Part shown: piece by piece, positions 18,090-29,706 of the stretch
How the letters are laid out: each line of letters begins with the position of its first letter
Numbering within the stretch: the first letter of the stretch is position 1
DNA from: Microcoleus sp.
Lineage (GTDB): Bacteria > Cyanobacteriota > Cyanobacteriia > Cyanobacteriales > Microcoleaceae
Direction of reading: 5' to 3'
NCBI GenBank assembly: GCA_042408215.1
Contig: JAYFMW010000005.1
Coordinates: 644,363 to 708,362 of the forward strand
Length of the DNA stretch: 64,000 nt
The notes under the pieces: generated by a model
Seen by the model: the letters and a program-made list of their open reading frames with translations, nothing else
The model's database searches: none
Told to the model about the DNA's origin: nothing
Translations under genes and position numbers: made by a program

Positions 18090-21032
18090 ATGGCAAATCG
18101 CATCTGGAAAGTCTTAACTACTGATATTAAAGAATTGTTTTCCGTCGAAGCAGCCGAGGGAATCGGAGAAGCTGGCAAAACAGCAGCTGAATTGGCAAAA
18201 ATGCTCAAAGAACAAGGGCTGGACAATAGCAACTTGCTGCTAGAAGTTTTGAACTCTCCCTTAGCTCAAGTTGTGGGAACTGGATTGCCATTTGTCGGGA
18301 TTGCGGCAAAAATGCTGGCATTTTTCATCGAAAAAAATCAACAGCAGCCGACTTTAGCTGAGTGCATTTTCCTCGTCAGTCAGGCGGCTTATCTGGAAAG
18401 TTTTAAGGAGTTTATTGGACAAGACGAGAATTTGTTAAATCGCATCGGGCAAACTCCAGTTTCCGATAAAGTTAAGGAGTTGCTTAAAAAATTAGCAGAT
18501 TTAGAATTTAACGATAAAGCAGCCAAAGAAACTGTTATTTGCTTCCGCGATTCGATCTTAGCCAAGGAATTTAATCAAGTGCTGTCAGAGCGACTGCAAC
18601 AAGCCGGACTCAATGCCGATGAATCTCAAATTTTGACAAAGAGAGTTGCTGCTAATACTCACCGCTATTTAATCGAAGCTTGGGCAGTTTCTGGCGATGC
18701 AATGAAAGAGCTCGGACAGCCTTCTTTCAGCGAATGGCGGGAGGATCAGCAGAAATATCAAAGCATTGACAAATACCTGCAAAAACAGATTGCCTCTCTA
18801 CCGCTAGAATCCGTATTTGCAGAAAATTTCTCATTCAAGGATATCTACGTGCCTCTGAAGGCAAAGCCAATTGATCAAAATGGCAATCTTGTTAAAAATA
18901 CAGAAGCTTTCGATTTAGAAACTTGGGCAAAAGACTTGCTTGAGGATGAGAAAAAACAAGATCTGGTGATGTTCATCGAAGCTGGACCCGGACGCGGTAA
19001 AAGCGTTTTTTGTCGGATGTTTGCTGACTGGGTGCGACAACATTTGCATCCAGTTTGGACACCCGTGTTAATTCGATTGCGAGATATTCCCACATTGCAA
19101 AAGAGTTTTCGAGAAACGCTGAAAGAAGCAGTAAATGCGGGTTTTGCTAGTGATAATGGCTGGTTAATGGATCGAAACACACGATATTTGTTTCTCTTAG
19201 ATGGCTTTGACGAGTTGCTGATGGAGGGGAGAAGCAGCGGCGGTTTAGAACAATTCTTAAAGCAAGTAGGACAATTTCAGCGGGATTGTCAGCAGAGTTC
19301 GGAAATGAGACACCGGGTTTTGATTACTGGCAGAACTTTAGCTTTGCAAGGGATTGAAAGGCAAATGCCAGATAACTTGGAGCGAGTCGAAATTCAGGTG
19401 ATGGATGACGAACTACAGCAACAGTGGTTGAGCAAGTGGTCAGCCAAATTTGGAGCGGAAAAAACCTCAGCTTTTCATAATTTTTTGCAAGATGAACGCT
19501 GTCCACAACAGGTAAAATCAGACTTGGCGCGAGAACCGCTATTGCTTTATTTGTTAGCAGCGATGCACCGAGATGGAAGGTTGAAAGTTGAAGATTTTCA
19601 AGGAACTAATAGCACTCAATCAAAATTTTTGATTTACAACCAAGCTGTGAATTGGGTACTCACAAAACAGCGGTCTAAATTGCTCAATCGCGATTTGACA
19701 GAATTTGAAACAGAGGATTTGCGACACATCCTGACAGAAGCAGGGTTATGCGTGGTGCAGTCGGGAGGAGAATGTGCTTCTGTAGCGATGATTGAGGAGC
19801 GATTGAAATCAAACAACTCGGTTAAAGAATTATTTGAGGAAGCACAAAAAAAGATTGGCGATAATCCTCTGAGAAATGCTTTGGCTGTTTTTTATCTTCA
19901 GCAAGGCAGTAAAGAAGGTTCTGTGGAGTTTGTACACAAGAGTTTTGGTGAATTTCTGTGTGCGGAACGATTGAAAGAAAGTCTGGAAGAGTGGACGGAA
20001 TTGGGAAAGAAAGGTAGAGGATTTAATACTCAAGAATCTCAGATGGACTGGGAAATTTATGATTTGTTGGGTTATGGGGGGCTGACGGCAGAAATTGTGG
20101 AATATTTGATGGGGTTATTAACAACTCCGGCTGTTGCAGGAGAAGAAAGTCTGTTTCGCCCTGTGGAGTTATTCCAGCGTTTGGAAAATTTTTATTGGCG
20201 GTGGTGCGAGGGGGAATTTATTGATATGCTGCCGGAAAGTTTGCCTCAGAAGAAGATGCGCTTACTGCGAGATCAATTGAAAACTCAAGTGAAAACCCAA
20301 GATTTGGGACTGCGACAAATAGATATTTATGCTGGTTTGAATGTGATGATTTTGCTGTTGGAGTTGCACCGTTATGGTCAAGAGAGAGATGAATTGAAAG
20401 ACAAAATGGTGTTTTATCCCTGTGGGAAACCTAATGCTGAAGGTGAACTTGACGATGCAGGTCAGTTGTTGCGTCTCATCGGTTATAGCTGTTGTGTTGG
20501 GGATTTTGGCTTTCTCCAAATAGTTGGGAGATTCCTCAGTGGCGCAAACCTCAGTGGCGCCAACCTCAGAGGCGCAAACCTCAACGGCGCAAACCTCAGC
20601 CGCGCAAACCTCAGCGACGCATACCTCGGCGGCGCATACCTCAACGGCGCATACCTCAGCGGCGCATACCTCAGCGGCGCATACCTCAGTGGCGCCAACC
20701 TCAGTGGCGCAAACCTCAGCCGCGCATACCTCGGCCGCGCAAACCTCAGCCACGCATACCTCAGAGGCGCATATCTCAGAGGCGCAAACCTCAGCGACGC
20801 AAACCTCAGCGACGCAAACCTCAGCGACGCAAACCTCAGCGACGCAAACCTCAGCGACGCAAACCTCAGCGACGCAAACCTCAGCGACGCAAACCTCTGC
20901 CGCGCAAACCTCGGCGGCGCAAACCTCGGCGATGTCAAATGGGATAAAAATACAAAGTGGGAAAATGTTCGAGGTTTGGATGCAGCCGTTAATGTTCCAG
21001 AAGCGTTAAAGCAACAGCTAGGAATGAAGTAG
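18090..21032 (+). CDS. NACHT (STAND) NTPase with C-terminal pentapeptide repeats
   Basis: IYVPL, Walker A AGPGRGKS, Walker [37 protein letters not shown]; about 26 A(N/Y)Lxx pentapeptides. Confidence 0.92.
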   Translation: MANRIWKVLTTDIKELFSVEAAEGIGEAGKTAAELAKMLKEQGLDNSNLLLEVLNSPLAQVVGTGLPFVGIAAKMLAFFIEKNQQQPTLAECIFLVSQAAYLESFKEFIGQDENLLNRIGQTPVSDKVKELLKKLADLEFNDKAAKETVICFRDSILAKEFNQVLSERLQQAGLNADESQILTKRVAANTHRYLIEAWAVSGDAMKELGQPSFSEWREDQQKYQSIDKYLQKQIASLPLESVFAENFSFKDIYVPLKAKPIDQNGNLVKNTEAFDLETWAKDLLEDEKKQDLVMFIEAGPGRGKSVFCRMFADWVRQHLHPVWTPVLIRLRDIPTLQKSFRETLKEAVNAGFASDNGWLMDRNTRYLFLLDGFDELLMEGRSSGGLEQFLKQVGQFQRDCQQSSEMRHRVLITGRTLALQGIERQMPDNLERVEIQVMDDELQQQWLSKWSAKFGAEKTSAFHNFLQDERCPQQVKSDLAREPLLLYLLAAMHRDGRLKVEDFQGTNSTQSKFLIYNQAVNWVLTKQRSKLLNRDLTEFETEDLRHILTEAGLCVVQSGGECASVAMIEERLKSNNSVKELFEEAQKKIGDNPLRNALAVFYLQQGSKEGSVEFVHKSFGEFLCAERLKESLEEWTELGKKGRGFNTQESQMDWEIYDLLGYGGLTAEIVEYLMGLLTTPAVAGEESLFRPVELFQRLENFYWRWCEGEFIDMLPESLPQKKMRLLRDQLKTQVKTQDLGLRQIDIYAGLNVMILLLELHRYGQERDELKDKMVFYPCGKPNAEGELDDAGQLLRLIGYSCCVGDFGFLQIVGRFLSGANLSGANLRGANLNGANLSRANLSDAYLGGAYLNGAYLSGAYLSGAYLSGANLSGANLSRAYLGRANLSHAYLRGAYLRGANLSDANLSDANLSDANLSDANLSDANLSDANLSDANLCRANLGGANLGDVKWDKNTKWENVRGLDAAVNVPEALKQQLGMK
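20535..20930 (+). repeat. 15-bp coding tandem repeat (pentapeptide region)
   Basis: gcaaacctcagcgac-type units. Confidence 0.95.
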
Positions 21033-21169
21033 AAACATTTTTCAAGGCTTTGCGGATCATTTTTATGAACAGGCTTTCCGGCCTGTTCCACAAAGAGTGG
21101 ATTTGATTGTGGGTTCCACAAAGAGTGAATTTGATTGTGGGGTGGGCATCTTGCCCGCCCCTGAAAGGC

Positions 21170-21360
21170 GTGCGATCGCCACAATTCCCTAGCTTGCTGT
21201 TTTACTCTACCTTCCATCACCTCTTTTTGCAAAGTAATAAAAGCATCAAAATCTTCTAAACCGTACTTAGTCATCTACAACTGCTGTCGCAACTGTTCTT
21301 CTGCGTCAACTGTCAAATAACCAGTAGCCAAAGCCGGACATTTTTGCTGATTAAACTCAT
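21170..21360 (-). pseudogene. Remnant of a small conserved cyanobacterial hypothetical gene
   Basis: Reads MSLISK.. then, after a frameshift, ALATGYLTVDAEEQLRQQL*MTKYGLEDFDAFITLQKEVMEGRVKQQARE. Confidence 0.55.
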
Positions 21361-21561
21361 GGTAAAATCACCCTGACTAGGCGCCAATTTAAATATTTGA
21401 CTTGGATACCCAGACCAACTCCGCTGTTAATTTAGTTCACAATTTTCTGGACTGAGTAAACATCTACCTTAAGACTTAAATGTAGCCAATTATGAGTCAG
21501 CAAAATGTAGCAAGCATAACTAGAGACGTAAAAAGAGACGTAAAAAGATTGACCAGATTAT

Positions 21562-22062
21562 TTAGCTTTTGTCTAACAACGACCTCCATTCTCTCACAGC
21601 AAAAGGAGGAACCAGCAATTCTCTGTCCCTGTCACCTTGCACTGACAGACTTAACCGCAAAGGTCGATCGGTTTCCAGTTGTGTGACTATTGGTTTAAAA
21701 TCATATTCCCCGACATTTACTGGCAAATCTGACTCAGACCAAATATCATTTGCCTTACCAATCTCGACCTTACCCGCAGTCACTTTCAGCGGCACTGGGT
21801 GCAGCAATTCTGTGCCGGGAAATCCTACCAATCTCAGGTTTAAGGAGTTGACTATTCCCGAATTTACTCGCTTGTACAAAACTACTTGCCATGCTTTGTC
21901 ATCATTATCTCGCAAGCTTTGTACTGAGCGAAACATTACTTGATCGACTGTTTCTGGATATTTGTGAATCTCAGCAAAAGCGGGCTGGCTGTTGGCTATT
22001 ATTAGATAGAGACACAAGCTAATAATAGTGATAAATTTGCGCCAATAATCATGTTTTTTCAT
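21562..22062 (-). CDS. DUF3122-like cyanobacterial protein
   Basis: Signal peptide, then RSVQSLRD..KAWQVVLYKR, LRLVGFPG, NVGEYD, VPPFAVREW. Confidence 0.8.
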   Translation of the reverse strand: MKKHDYWRKFITIISLCLYLIIANSQPAFAEIHKYPETVDQVMFRSVQSLRDNDDKAWQVVLYKRVNSGIVNSLNLRLVGFPGTELLHPVPLKVTAGKVEIGKANDIWSESDLPVNVGEYDFKPIVTQLETDRPLRLSLSVQGDRDRELLVPPFAVREWRSLLDKS

Positions 22063-22106
22063 TTTTTAATACTTCCTATGAAGGTTTTTATTAAGGACTT
22101 TAGTCC

Positions 22107-22478
22107 TTATTTCCAATCATTTTCAGATTGCGACAACACGTAGGCGGCCACATCGCTAATTTGTTGTTCGGACAAACGATCTTTGTAAGCGGGCATGATA
22201 TTTTTACCGTTGGTTACTAAATTGGCAATATTTGCGATCGAATCCATACCGTATCGTTTTAATGCTTTTTGTTTCAAGTTTTTGCCGCGTCTGATAATGT
22301 TGCTACCGTTGATGTGACAGCCGGCACAGTTGACGCTGAACACTTCAGCCGCAGTTGCGGGTTTTGTAGTTGTATCCGCTAGGGCGGTTTGGGGAGTCGA
22401 GCCAATTCCTACAAATACCAGTGTCAGTATTAATATGGTCGCGCCGAGCAGTTTTTTTAAGTGAGTTGGGAAAGTCAT
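22107..22478 (-). CDS. Cytochrome c6-like protein (c6C/PetJ2 type)
   Basis: Signal peptide; CAGCH heme motif; NIIRRGKNLK; GKNIMPAY axial Met. Confidence 0.9.
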   Translation of the reverse strand: MTFPTHLKKLLGATILILTLVFVGIGSTPQTALADTTTKPATAAEVFSVNCAGCHINGSNIIRRGKNLKQKALKRYGMDSIANIANLVTNGKNIMPAYKDRLSEQQISDVAAYVLSQSENDWK

Positions 22479-22554
22479 TGATTTGCAGGTTAAGCAATAG
22501 TGTTTGACTTAATGATATCACTAAATACATATTTGGGATTAATCTCGTTTCCGG

Positions 22555-22632
22555 TTGCAGCGGAATTATTTAACCACAGAGGACGCAGAGAACACAGAGG
22601 GAGATGAGGGAGAGAGTAATTCCGATGCAGTG
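22555..22632. repeat. Small dispersed element GCA(T/G)CGGAATTATTTAACCACAGAG...TAATTCCGATGC
   Basis: Copies at about 38465-38540, 53678-53755 and 53814-53891 with terminal inverted repeats. Confidence 0.8.
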
Positions 22633-22767
22633 CGGATTTGAAATAAGTTATAAAAACATAACTCTCTAGTCGGTTTTTAACCGACTTTAGCTATGAGACA
22701 GGTTTAAACCCCTTTCGGACTATGGAAAAGTGTATTAAACTCAACTTTTAACGAACTGTATTCCCGC

Positions 22768-24252
22768 TCATTCTTCCCAGTCAAACGTGCGCGTAACTGC
22801 TTTTTTCCAAAAATGATACTTTTGTTCGCGAAGGGCGATCGACATTTTTGGCTCCCAAGTAAAATCTACGGCCCAATTATTCCGCAATTCTTCTAGATGA
22901 CTCCAAAAACCCACTGCTAAACCGGCCGCATAAGCCGCACCTAGTGCAGTAGTTTCTGCTACCACAGGGCGCACCACTGGGACTCCTAAAACATCGCTTT
23001 GAAACTGCATCAACGTGTGATTTACCACCATTCCGCCGTCTACTTTTAAAGATAAAAGTTCTACGCCGGAATCTTGATTCATCGCATCCAATACTTCTCG
23101 TGTTTGCCATGCTGTGGCTTCCAATACGGCGCGGGAAATATGTGCCTTAGTCACGTAGCGAGTTAAACCTGCAATTACTCCCCGCGCGCTGTCTTTCCAA
23201 TAGGGTGCGTAGAGTCCAGAAAAGGCAGGGACAAAGTAAATTCCTGCGCTATCTTCAACTGTTTTTGCTAATGTTTCTACTTCCGCAGATGTCGCAATCA
23301 TGCCTAAATTATCCCGCAACCATTGCACTAATGCTCCGGCGATCGCAATACTGCCTTCCAAAGCATACACCGCCGGCGATTCTCCGAGCTTGTAGGCGAC
23401 TGTTGTCAGCAACCCTTGCTTTGAAGGGACGATCGCCTCACCGGTGTTCAGCAGCATAAAACAGCCCGTACCGTAAGTATTTTTCGCCTCTCCCCTACTG
23501 AAACAAGTTTGCCCGACCAGAGCAGCCTGCCGATCGCCTAAAGCAGCAGCAATCGGAACACCTGCAAGCAATCCTTTTGCAGTTCCAAAAACTTGACTCG
23601 AAGGGCGAATTTCTGGCAGCATTTGTCTGGGAATTTCCATTATTTCCAAAGTTTCCGCATCCCAATCAATGGTTTGCAAATCCATCAACATTGTGCGACT
23701 GGCGTTAGTAACATCGGTAATGTGGATACCGCCAGTTAAGTTCCAAATTAGAAATGTATCGACATTGCCAAAAATTGCATCGCCTCGGATTGCATCCGAT
23801 CGCAATCCTGGAATATTGTCCAGCATCCATTTAATTTTAGGCCCGCTGAAATAAGTGACCAGCGGCAAACCGCACTTTTCTCGAAACCGATCTTTGCCGC
23901 CAATTTCAGATAGTCGATCGCAAATTTGGCTAGTGCGGGTATCTTGCCAAACAATCGCATTTCCGTAAGGTTTTCCCGTCTTTTTATTCCAAACAATCGT
24001 AGTTTCTCGCTGGTTAGTAATGCCGATCGCAGCAATGTTTTTGGGGTCGATATTGCTTGTTTGAAGTGTAGTTTTAATCCCCCTTTGAGTGCGTTCCCAA
24101 ATTTCGTCTGGATTGTGTTCTACCCATCCGGGATGCGGGTAAATTTGCTGGTGTTCTTGTTGGTTGCTGGCAACTATCTGTCCCGCGCGATCGAAGATCA
24201 TAAATCGGGTGCTAGTTGTTCCTTGGTCGATGGCTGCTACGTATTTTGCCAA
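22768..24252 (-). CDS. glpK: Glycerol kinase
   Basis: [59 protein letters not shown] start at 24252 likely (ORF open to 24315). Confidence 0.97.
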   Translation of the reverse strand: MAKYVAAIDQGTTSTRFMIFDRAGQIVASNQQEHQQIYPHPGWVEHNPDEIWERTQRGIKTTLQTSNIDPKNIAAIGITNQRETTIVWNKKTGKPYGNAIVWQDTRTSQICDRLSEIGGKDRFREKCGLPLVTYFSGPKIKWMLDNIPGLRSDAIRGDAIFGNVDTFLIWNLTGGIHITDVTNASRTMLMDLQTIDWDAETLEIMEIPRQMLPEIRPSSQVFGTAKGLLAGVPIAAALGDRQAALVGQTCFSRGEAKNTYGTGCFMLLNTGEAIVPSKQGLLTTVAYKLGESPAVYALEGSIAIAGALVQWLRDNLGMIATSAEVETLAKTVEDSAGIYFVPAFSGLYAPYWKDSARGVIAGLTRYVTKAHISRAVLEATAWQTREVLDAMNQDSGVELLSLKVDGGMVVNHTLMQFQSDVLGVPVVRPVVAETTALGAAYAAGLAVGFWSHLEELRNNWAVDFTWEPKMSIALREQKYHFWKKAVTRTFDWEE

Positions 24253-24451
24253 TTGTCCTAAACCTTTTTGGTTGTTAGCTATTTTGGCTTTTAAGCGATA
24301 TTTATTATATCCCAATTCTATTCACATCTTACACCTCTGTCAGGAACAGGCAAGATGCCTGTTCCACAAGAGTTAAATGTTCTTGTGGGGTATCCTGCTC
24401 TGAAAGCCTTATTGACAAATGCTCCTATTCGGTGAGTTTCTACCCACTTAC

Positions 24452-25654
24452 TTACACAATCTCCCCGTCAATTTCACCGAACTCGATTTGGGTTCCTAAT
24501 GCTAAAGTTAAGGTGTTCTCAGGTTCTACCATTTTTATGTCGCCTTGAATGTCTGTTACCCACCACGCGCGATCGGACAAATTTTTTAATCCCAATGAAA
24601 GCTCGTCTCTTGGATGAGAATTGACAGTAGCTACAACACCGTTAGATGCGGCGGCTGTTAAAGTCGGTATGTCAGATGTTAATAACTGAGTTCCGGCACT
24701 CAAAGGAATAATTCTACTTCCTAATTTCAGGGAAAATTGGCTGCTGGTAAAACAATTTACTGCGGGCTGATCTGATATAAATGTAGGCGGAACATTCGCC
24801 GGAGTTGGGGCTGGTAAGTCCGAGTTTCCGACTGTCACCGTACAATTTCCGATTCTTTTTTGGTCGCCCGATCGCAAATAACTCACGGCCCCATTATCAA
24901 CATTTTCGCAAACAATTTGACCACCTTCCAATTGAAACCGCATAGCCAAGGGTGAAACATTCGGAATACAGATAATAGACAAATTATCATCACTCCCAAA
25001 AGTCACCGGTTCGGCACCAATAGTCAGAGTGCGATTGACTCCGTTATCGTAACTAATTACTAGCCAAGCTTTGTTGAACAAAGTTTCGGCAACAACTAGC
25101 ATCATTCCGATCGCAAAACCGATCGCCCCACAGCCAGCTAAACGGCCCACAGTACCCGATAAAGTATAAGCGAACAAAATAAACAAACATCCGCCCAACA
25201 CGCCTCCAACACCGCCTCCGCCCGCGCCGCGCAGCATTCCTAAGTTGGGAATCCGTTTGGAAAGTGCCAAGCCTAACAAACTGCCAGCAATTCCCCAACA
25301 AACTACTCGCAATAATTCATTGGGGCCAAGGCCGCTGTAAATGCCTTCGGCGATCGCCCCAGAAACTGCCCCCGCTATTAAACCAAACAATCCGCCATTT
25401 TTCAAAGCCTGTTTAATTTGAGGCTTGCCTTTGATATAGTAATAATAGCCGAACATTATGGCCGCAGCAATGCCACCGCCTACCAATCCAAACCAGCGAG
25501 CCGTAGTCAATACACTATCAAAAAAAGATTCCGAATCTGCGACTCGATCGAACTGCATGAAAGGTTCGGTGATTAAATTGCCCAGGAAACCGCCGACGGC
25601 ACCGCTAACACCAAACTGCAAAGCTTTTTTAAGGGCTGATAGATTTCTGTTCAA
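24452..25654 (-). CDS. Gly-rich multi-pass membrane protein with two C-terminal FHA-like beta domains
   Basis: About 6 Gly/Ala-rich hydrophobic helices, a Pro-rich linker and beta-rich domains (LGLKNLSDRAW); the FHA-like label is inference. Confidence 0.6.
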   Translation of the reverse strand: MNRNLSALKKALQFGVSGAVGGFLGNLITEPFMQFDRVADSESFFDSVLTTARWFGLVGGGIAAAIMFGYYYYIKGKPQIKQALKNGGLFGLIAGAVSGAIAEGIYSGLGPNELLRVVCWGIAGSLLGLALSKRIPNLGMLRGAGGGGVGGVLGGCLFILFAYTLSGTVGRLAGCGAIGFAIGMMLVVAETLFNKAWLVISYDNGVNRTLTIGAEPVTFGSDDNLSIICIPNVSPLAMRFQLEGGQIVCENVDNGAVSYLRSGDQKRIGNCTVTVGNSDLPAPTPANVPPTFISDQPAVNCFTSSQFSLKLGSRIIPLSAGTQLLTSDIPTLTAAASNGVVATVNSHPRDELSLGLKNLSDRAWWVTDIQGDIKMVEPENTLTLALGTQIEFGEIDGEIV

Positions 25655-25889
25655 AGTGCACCTGGTTAAAAATTACAGTCAAATTTGACTACAAGCTCGA
25701 AAGTCGGCATTGCCGATCGCACCTGATCCCCCACCTCCGGCGATTTCCCTCCCTGTGAAGGGCAAATTTTTGAACCCCAACCACCGCCCGCCACAAAATC
25801 ACAGAGCATCTATCGGCTGCACTCCTTACTGTGAGATAATCATAACGTTTTTGTCAACGTAATTTTTCAACCCAAAACAGAAAAAGAAT

Positions 25890-25907
25890 ATTACAAACTG
25901 TTACAGC
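25890..25907 (+). promoter_or_regulatory. HLR1-like (RpaB) direct repeat upstream of apcA
   Basis: aTTACAAA-ct-GTTACAgc resembles the (G/T)TTACA(T/A)(T/A)-N2 repeat. Confidence 0.5.
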
Positions 25908-26310
25908 ATTACTCAGAATGTGAACATAATGCCTCAAAATACTTGCCAGAGGTAGTTGCGTCACAAGAGCGATCTCGCCCGCAACGACGGTCTCTCGATC
26001 GCCACCTAACTGATCTGCTGCAATCTCGATCGCAGATATTGCAGATTTAGAGATAGCACCAGTCATGATGTGTGGTATTGTAAGCGACAGGCAAAGTGCA
26101 GCCAACACTCGTAGCACCGGCGTCTAAACCAGCGCCGTCAAACGCCGAAGGTCGCCACCCCCAACAACTTCAACAGTTGCTGTTAAGGTTGGTGTCCAAA
26201 AGCGTCAAAGCTCCTGCCGCAAGCGAGAGGTACGGGATGCAAGCGCCCACCACCGCTCGGCTGAGCGCGGAGTAGTTCCCATAGCAAAATATCCAGCGGG
26301 TACACACAAG

Positions 26311-26796
26311 ATGAGTATCGTCACCAAATCAATCGTGAACGCAGATGCCGAAGCTCGTTACCTGAGCCCAGGCGAATTAGACCGGATCAAAAGCTTCGTC
26401 ACCTCTGGTGAACGCCGCGTCCGCATCGCCCAAATTTTGAGCGAATCCCGCGAACGTATCGTCAAGCAAGCAGGCGACCAACTTTTCCAAAAACGCCCTG
26501 ATGTCGTTTCCCCCGGCGGCAACGCTTATGGCGAAGAAATGACCGCAACTTGCTTGCGCGACTTGGACTACTACCTGCGTTTGATCACCTACGGAATCGT
26601 AGCTGGCGACATTACTCCGATCGAAGAAATCGGTATTGTTGGCGTCCGCGAAATGTACAAATCCCTGGGCACCCCGATTGAAGCCGTCGCCGAAGGCGTT
26701 CGCGCCATGAAAAATGCAGCGAGCTCGCTGCTTTCTGGAGAAGATGCTTCCGAAGCTTCCTCTTACTTCGACTACGTTATCGGTGCGATGCAGTAA
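26311..26796 (+). CDS. apcA: Allophycocyanin alpha subunit
   Basis: [27 protein letters not shown]...[11 protein letters not shown]. Confidence 0.99.
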   Translation: MSIVTKSIVNADAEARYLSPGELDRIKSFVTSGERRVRIAQILSESRERIVKQAGDQLFQKRPDVVSPGGNAYGEEMTATCLRDLDYYLRLITYGIVAGDITPIEEIGIVGVREMYKSLGTPIEAVAEGVRAMKNAASSLLSGEDASEASSYFDYVIGAMQ

Positions 26797-26958
26797 AGAT
26801 TTTAGATTTTAGATTTTAGATTGTAGATTGGGAGTTGCCGACAACCAGCCAAAAGCTTTTGGAGATAACAACCCACTGATAAATCTGAAATCCCAAATCC
26901 CAAATCCCAGCTACAAAATTGGACTGAACTCAGCCACTTTCTAGGAAACAAGACAATC

Positions 26959-27444
26959 ATGCAAGACGCAATTACCGCCGTTATCAATTCCTCTGACGTC
27001 CAAGGTAAGTACCTGGACATCAGCGCTCTAGACAAGCTCAAGAACTACTTCGCTTCTGGCGAACTGCGCGTCCGCGCCGCTACAGCCATCAGCGCCAATG
27101 CAGCCACAATCGTCAAAGAAGCAGTTGCTAAGTCTCTGTTGTACTCTGACGTAACTCGTCCCGGCGGCAATATGTACACAACTCGCCGTTATGCAGCTTG
27201 CATCCGCGACTTGGACTACTACCTCCGCTACGCCACCTACGCTATGTTGGCTGGCGACCCTTCCATCCTGGATGAGCGCGTGCTCAACGGTTTGAAAGAA
27301 ACCTACAATTCCTTGGGCGTGCCCATCGGTTCTACCGTACAAGCCATCCAAGCTATGAAAGAAGTCACCGCTGGTCTAGTTGGTTCTGACGCTGGTAAAG
27401 AAATGGGCGTCTATTTCGACTACATCTGCTCTGGCTTGAGCTAA
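26959..27444 (+). CDS. apcB: Allophycocyanin beta subunit
   Basis: [20 protein letters not shown]...[13 protein letters not shown]. Confidence 0.99.
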   Translation: MQDAITAVINSSDVQGKYLDISALDKLKNYFASGELRVRAATAISANAATIVKEAVAKSLLYSDVTRPGGNMYTTRRYAACIRDLDYYLRYATYAMLAGDPSILDERVLNGLKETYNSLGVPIGSTVQAIQAMKEVTAGLVGSDAGKEMGVYFDYICSGLS

Positions 27445-27781
27445 GACGAAGGAAGAAGGAAGTTCGGCAACGGATTCTGTAACGGATGTAACGGATGTAA
27501 CGGATGTAACAGATTTCAGTCCGATGGAAGTCGGAAGAAGGAATAAGATTTATTTCTTGCCTTTTTTAACTTTTAACTGTAAACCTTTAACTTTGGACTT
27601 GTTACCTTTAGCTTTGAAAGAGGTCAGGGAAGTTATGAGTGATTGCTAGACTGTCAAAGGCCGATCGAGATAGATAACCCGATGAGTTTTAACAAGCTAG
27701 TTCTGATTCTTAACTCCCTGTCTTCAATTTTTTAAAGATCCATCTAAAAATCTGTAAACCTACTTCAGGAGGTAGTTTCCC

Positions 27782-27985
27782 ATGAGAATGTTTAAAGTGA
27801 CTGCTTGCGTCCCCAGTCAAACTCGCATCCGCACTCAGCGCGAATTGCAAAATACCTATTTTACCAAGTTGGTTCCCTACGATAACTGGTTCCGGGAACA
27901 ACAAAGAATTATGAAAATGGGCGGCAAAATTATTAAAGTGCAACTGGCTACTGGGAAGGCCGGAGCTAATACTGGTCTACTTTAA
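27782..27985 (+). CDS. apcC: Phycobilisome small core linker
   Basis: MRMFKVTACVPSQTRIRTQRELQNTYFTKLVPYDNWFREQQRIMKMGGKI. Confidence 0.99.
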   Translation: MRMFKVTACVPSQTRIRTQRELQNTYFTKLVPYDNWFREQQRIMKMGGKIIKVQLATGKAGANTGLL

Positions 27986-28012
27986 GATCCGAGGATGGAT
28001 TGATGTAGGGGT

Positions 28013-28038
28013 AAGAGGTCGATCGCGACCTCTTTTTT
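28013..28038 (+). terminator. apcABC intrinsic terminator
   Basis: aagaggtcg-atcg-cgacctctt followed by a T run. Confidence 0.85.
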
Positions 28039-28071
28039 GTTGGTATTTTGCAGGAAGAAGACCCTAATTAT

Positions 28072-29706
28072 AAAAAAACATTCGGTAAGCGGAAAACTCA
28101 GAGGCTTCAGCCCGCTCGATGTAAGCGACCCTTCGACTACGCTCAGGGCATCGCACGAGCGGTTTTAACCGCCGTGAATCTTTCTTGATTCTTGATTAAT
28201 TCTTAATATTTAGAAACAGAGAAAGACGTTAAGGTATAGACAAGGAGGTGAGCAAAATTGTTGACAAACTACGTTTACAAGTTGCGTCCCAATCAAACGC
28301 AAACATTAAAAATGTCTGCTTGGGTAGATATGTTGCGAAGTCACTATAACTGGTGTCTCAACGACAGAATTACTCAATACCATCAGCAGTTTGTTCAAGG
28401 GAATTACTGTGACATCAGAATCAAGAGTGAAGCTTGTCCTTTAACCAGTTGTGTTAGCAAGAGTGGGGCCACAGGTAATCCTTGGAAAGACTCCAAGTCA
28501 GACTTTGAAGGTAAAACTAGAAATCCTCGTCGAAGTGCTGGTGATATTCAGATCGTTGCATTGCCAGAATTGAAAATAGCTAGACCTTGGTATAAAGACA
28601 TAGATTCAACAGTTCTACAACAGAATGTTAAGCGATTAGATGTTGCTTACAAGAATTTCTTTGAAGGCAGAGGATTTCCTAAATTTAAAAACCGCAGCAA
28701 CTTCACCTCTTTTACTTACGCAATGGGAGTGAAAATTAATGGCAATAAAATTTACCTACCAAAACTGGGCTGGATGCGGTTTTACAACTCTCGCTCAATC
28801 CCAGATGGGTTTACCAACCATTCTGGCGCGGTTAGAAAGCGCCAGAATGGTTGGTACGTTTCCATTAGAATAAAGGATAAATCTGTACCTGAATACAGCG
28901 CTACTCCTGTTAACTATAACCCCAAAGTAATAGGTGGCGACTTAGGAATCACTAAACTGGTTCACCTTTCTGATGGATACCAAATCGAAAATCCCAAGTT
29001 TTCGACAAATAAAAAAGCTAAACGCACTCTAAAAATTAGACAGAGACGGGTCAGCCGCAAAGTCAAAGGCAGTAAAAACCGCAAAAAAGCAGCTATTCAA
29101 GTTGGAAAGTTCCATCAAAAAATCGGCGATAAACGCCAAGCACATCAATGGAAAACAGCGAATTTAATAGTGTCTCGTAACGTTGACGTAATTGCCCTAG
29201 AAGATTTAAATATTTCTGGGATGATGCGCCGATGTAAGGTAAAAAGTGATGAGAAAACTGGGAGATTTCTGAAGAATGGGCAATCCAGAAAAAAGGGATT
29301 GAATCGTTCTATCTCTGATGCAGGTTGGGGTGAGTTAATTTCAAAGGTTGAGTATCTAGCTGTGAAGCAGGGCAAAACCGTAATCAAAGTTAATCCCAAA
29401 CACTCTAGCCAAGAATGTAGGAATTGCGGTCATATCGACAAATCAAATAGAGATGGCGAAAAGTTCATTTGTGTTGAGTGTGGAGATCGCGAACACGCCG
29501 ATATTAGCGCTGCAAAAACGATTAGAGATAGAGCATTGAAAATGGTACGTGGGGACTCCCCGAAACCTGGTGTTCAACACCTAAACGCCCAAAAAATATC
29601 ACCACGCTCAAAAAGCAAACGTGATGAGTTTGGGAACCTGAGAAATCAGGATATTAAGACCGCAATGTCTTAAGAATCTCAGTCGCTTTAGCGCTGAGAG
29701 TGTCAA
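28072..29706 (+). mobile_element. IS200/IS605-family tnpB-only (IS1341-like) element
   Basis: Left: TTAT then AAAA-CTCAGAGGCTTCAGCCC hairpin region; right: GAAT-CTCAGTCGCTTTAGCGCTGAG-agtg-TCAA; no tnpA. Confidence 0.85.
28258..29673 (+). CDS. tnpB: RNA-guided endonuclease TnpB
   Basis: YVYKLRPN HTH, GFPKFK, RuvC-I GGDLG, RuvC-II ALEDL, zinc finger CRNC..CVEC, RuvC-III HADISAA. Confidence 0.95.
   Translation: MLTNYVYKLRPNQTQTLKMSAWVDMLRSHYNWCLNDRITQYHQQFVQGNYCDIRIKSEACPLTSCVSKSGATGNPWKDSKSDFEGKTRNPRRSAGDIQIVALPELKIARPWYKDIDSTVLQQNVKRLDVAYKNFFEGRGFPKFKNRSNFTSFTYAMGVKINGNKIYLPKLGWMRFYNSRSIPDGFTNHSGAVRKRQNGWYVSIRIKDKSVPEYSATPVNYNPKVIGGDLGITKLVHLSDGYQIENPKFSTNKKAKRTLKIRQRRVSRKVKGSKNRKKAAIQVGKFHQKIGDKRQAHQWKTANLIVSRNVDVIALEDLNISGMMRRCKVKSDEKTGRFLKNGQSRKKGLNRSISDAGWGELISKVEYLAVKQGKTVIKVNPKHSSQECRNCGHIDKSNRDGEKFICVECGDREHADISAAKTIRDRALKMVRGDSPKPGVQHLNAQKISPRSKSKRDEFGNLRNQDIKTAMS

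Noticed and set aside
20262..21274. Long alternative-frame and antisense ORFs (AEVCA, RFASL, QTSAT, RKPQR repeats)
   Set aside because: These are shadows of the 15-bp pentapeptide repeat, which lacks stops in several frames.
28258..29673. Cas12 effector or nuclease-dead TldR
   Set aside because: No CRISPR array, IS ends are present, and the D-E-D catalytic residues are intact.
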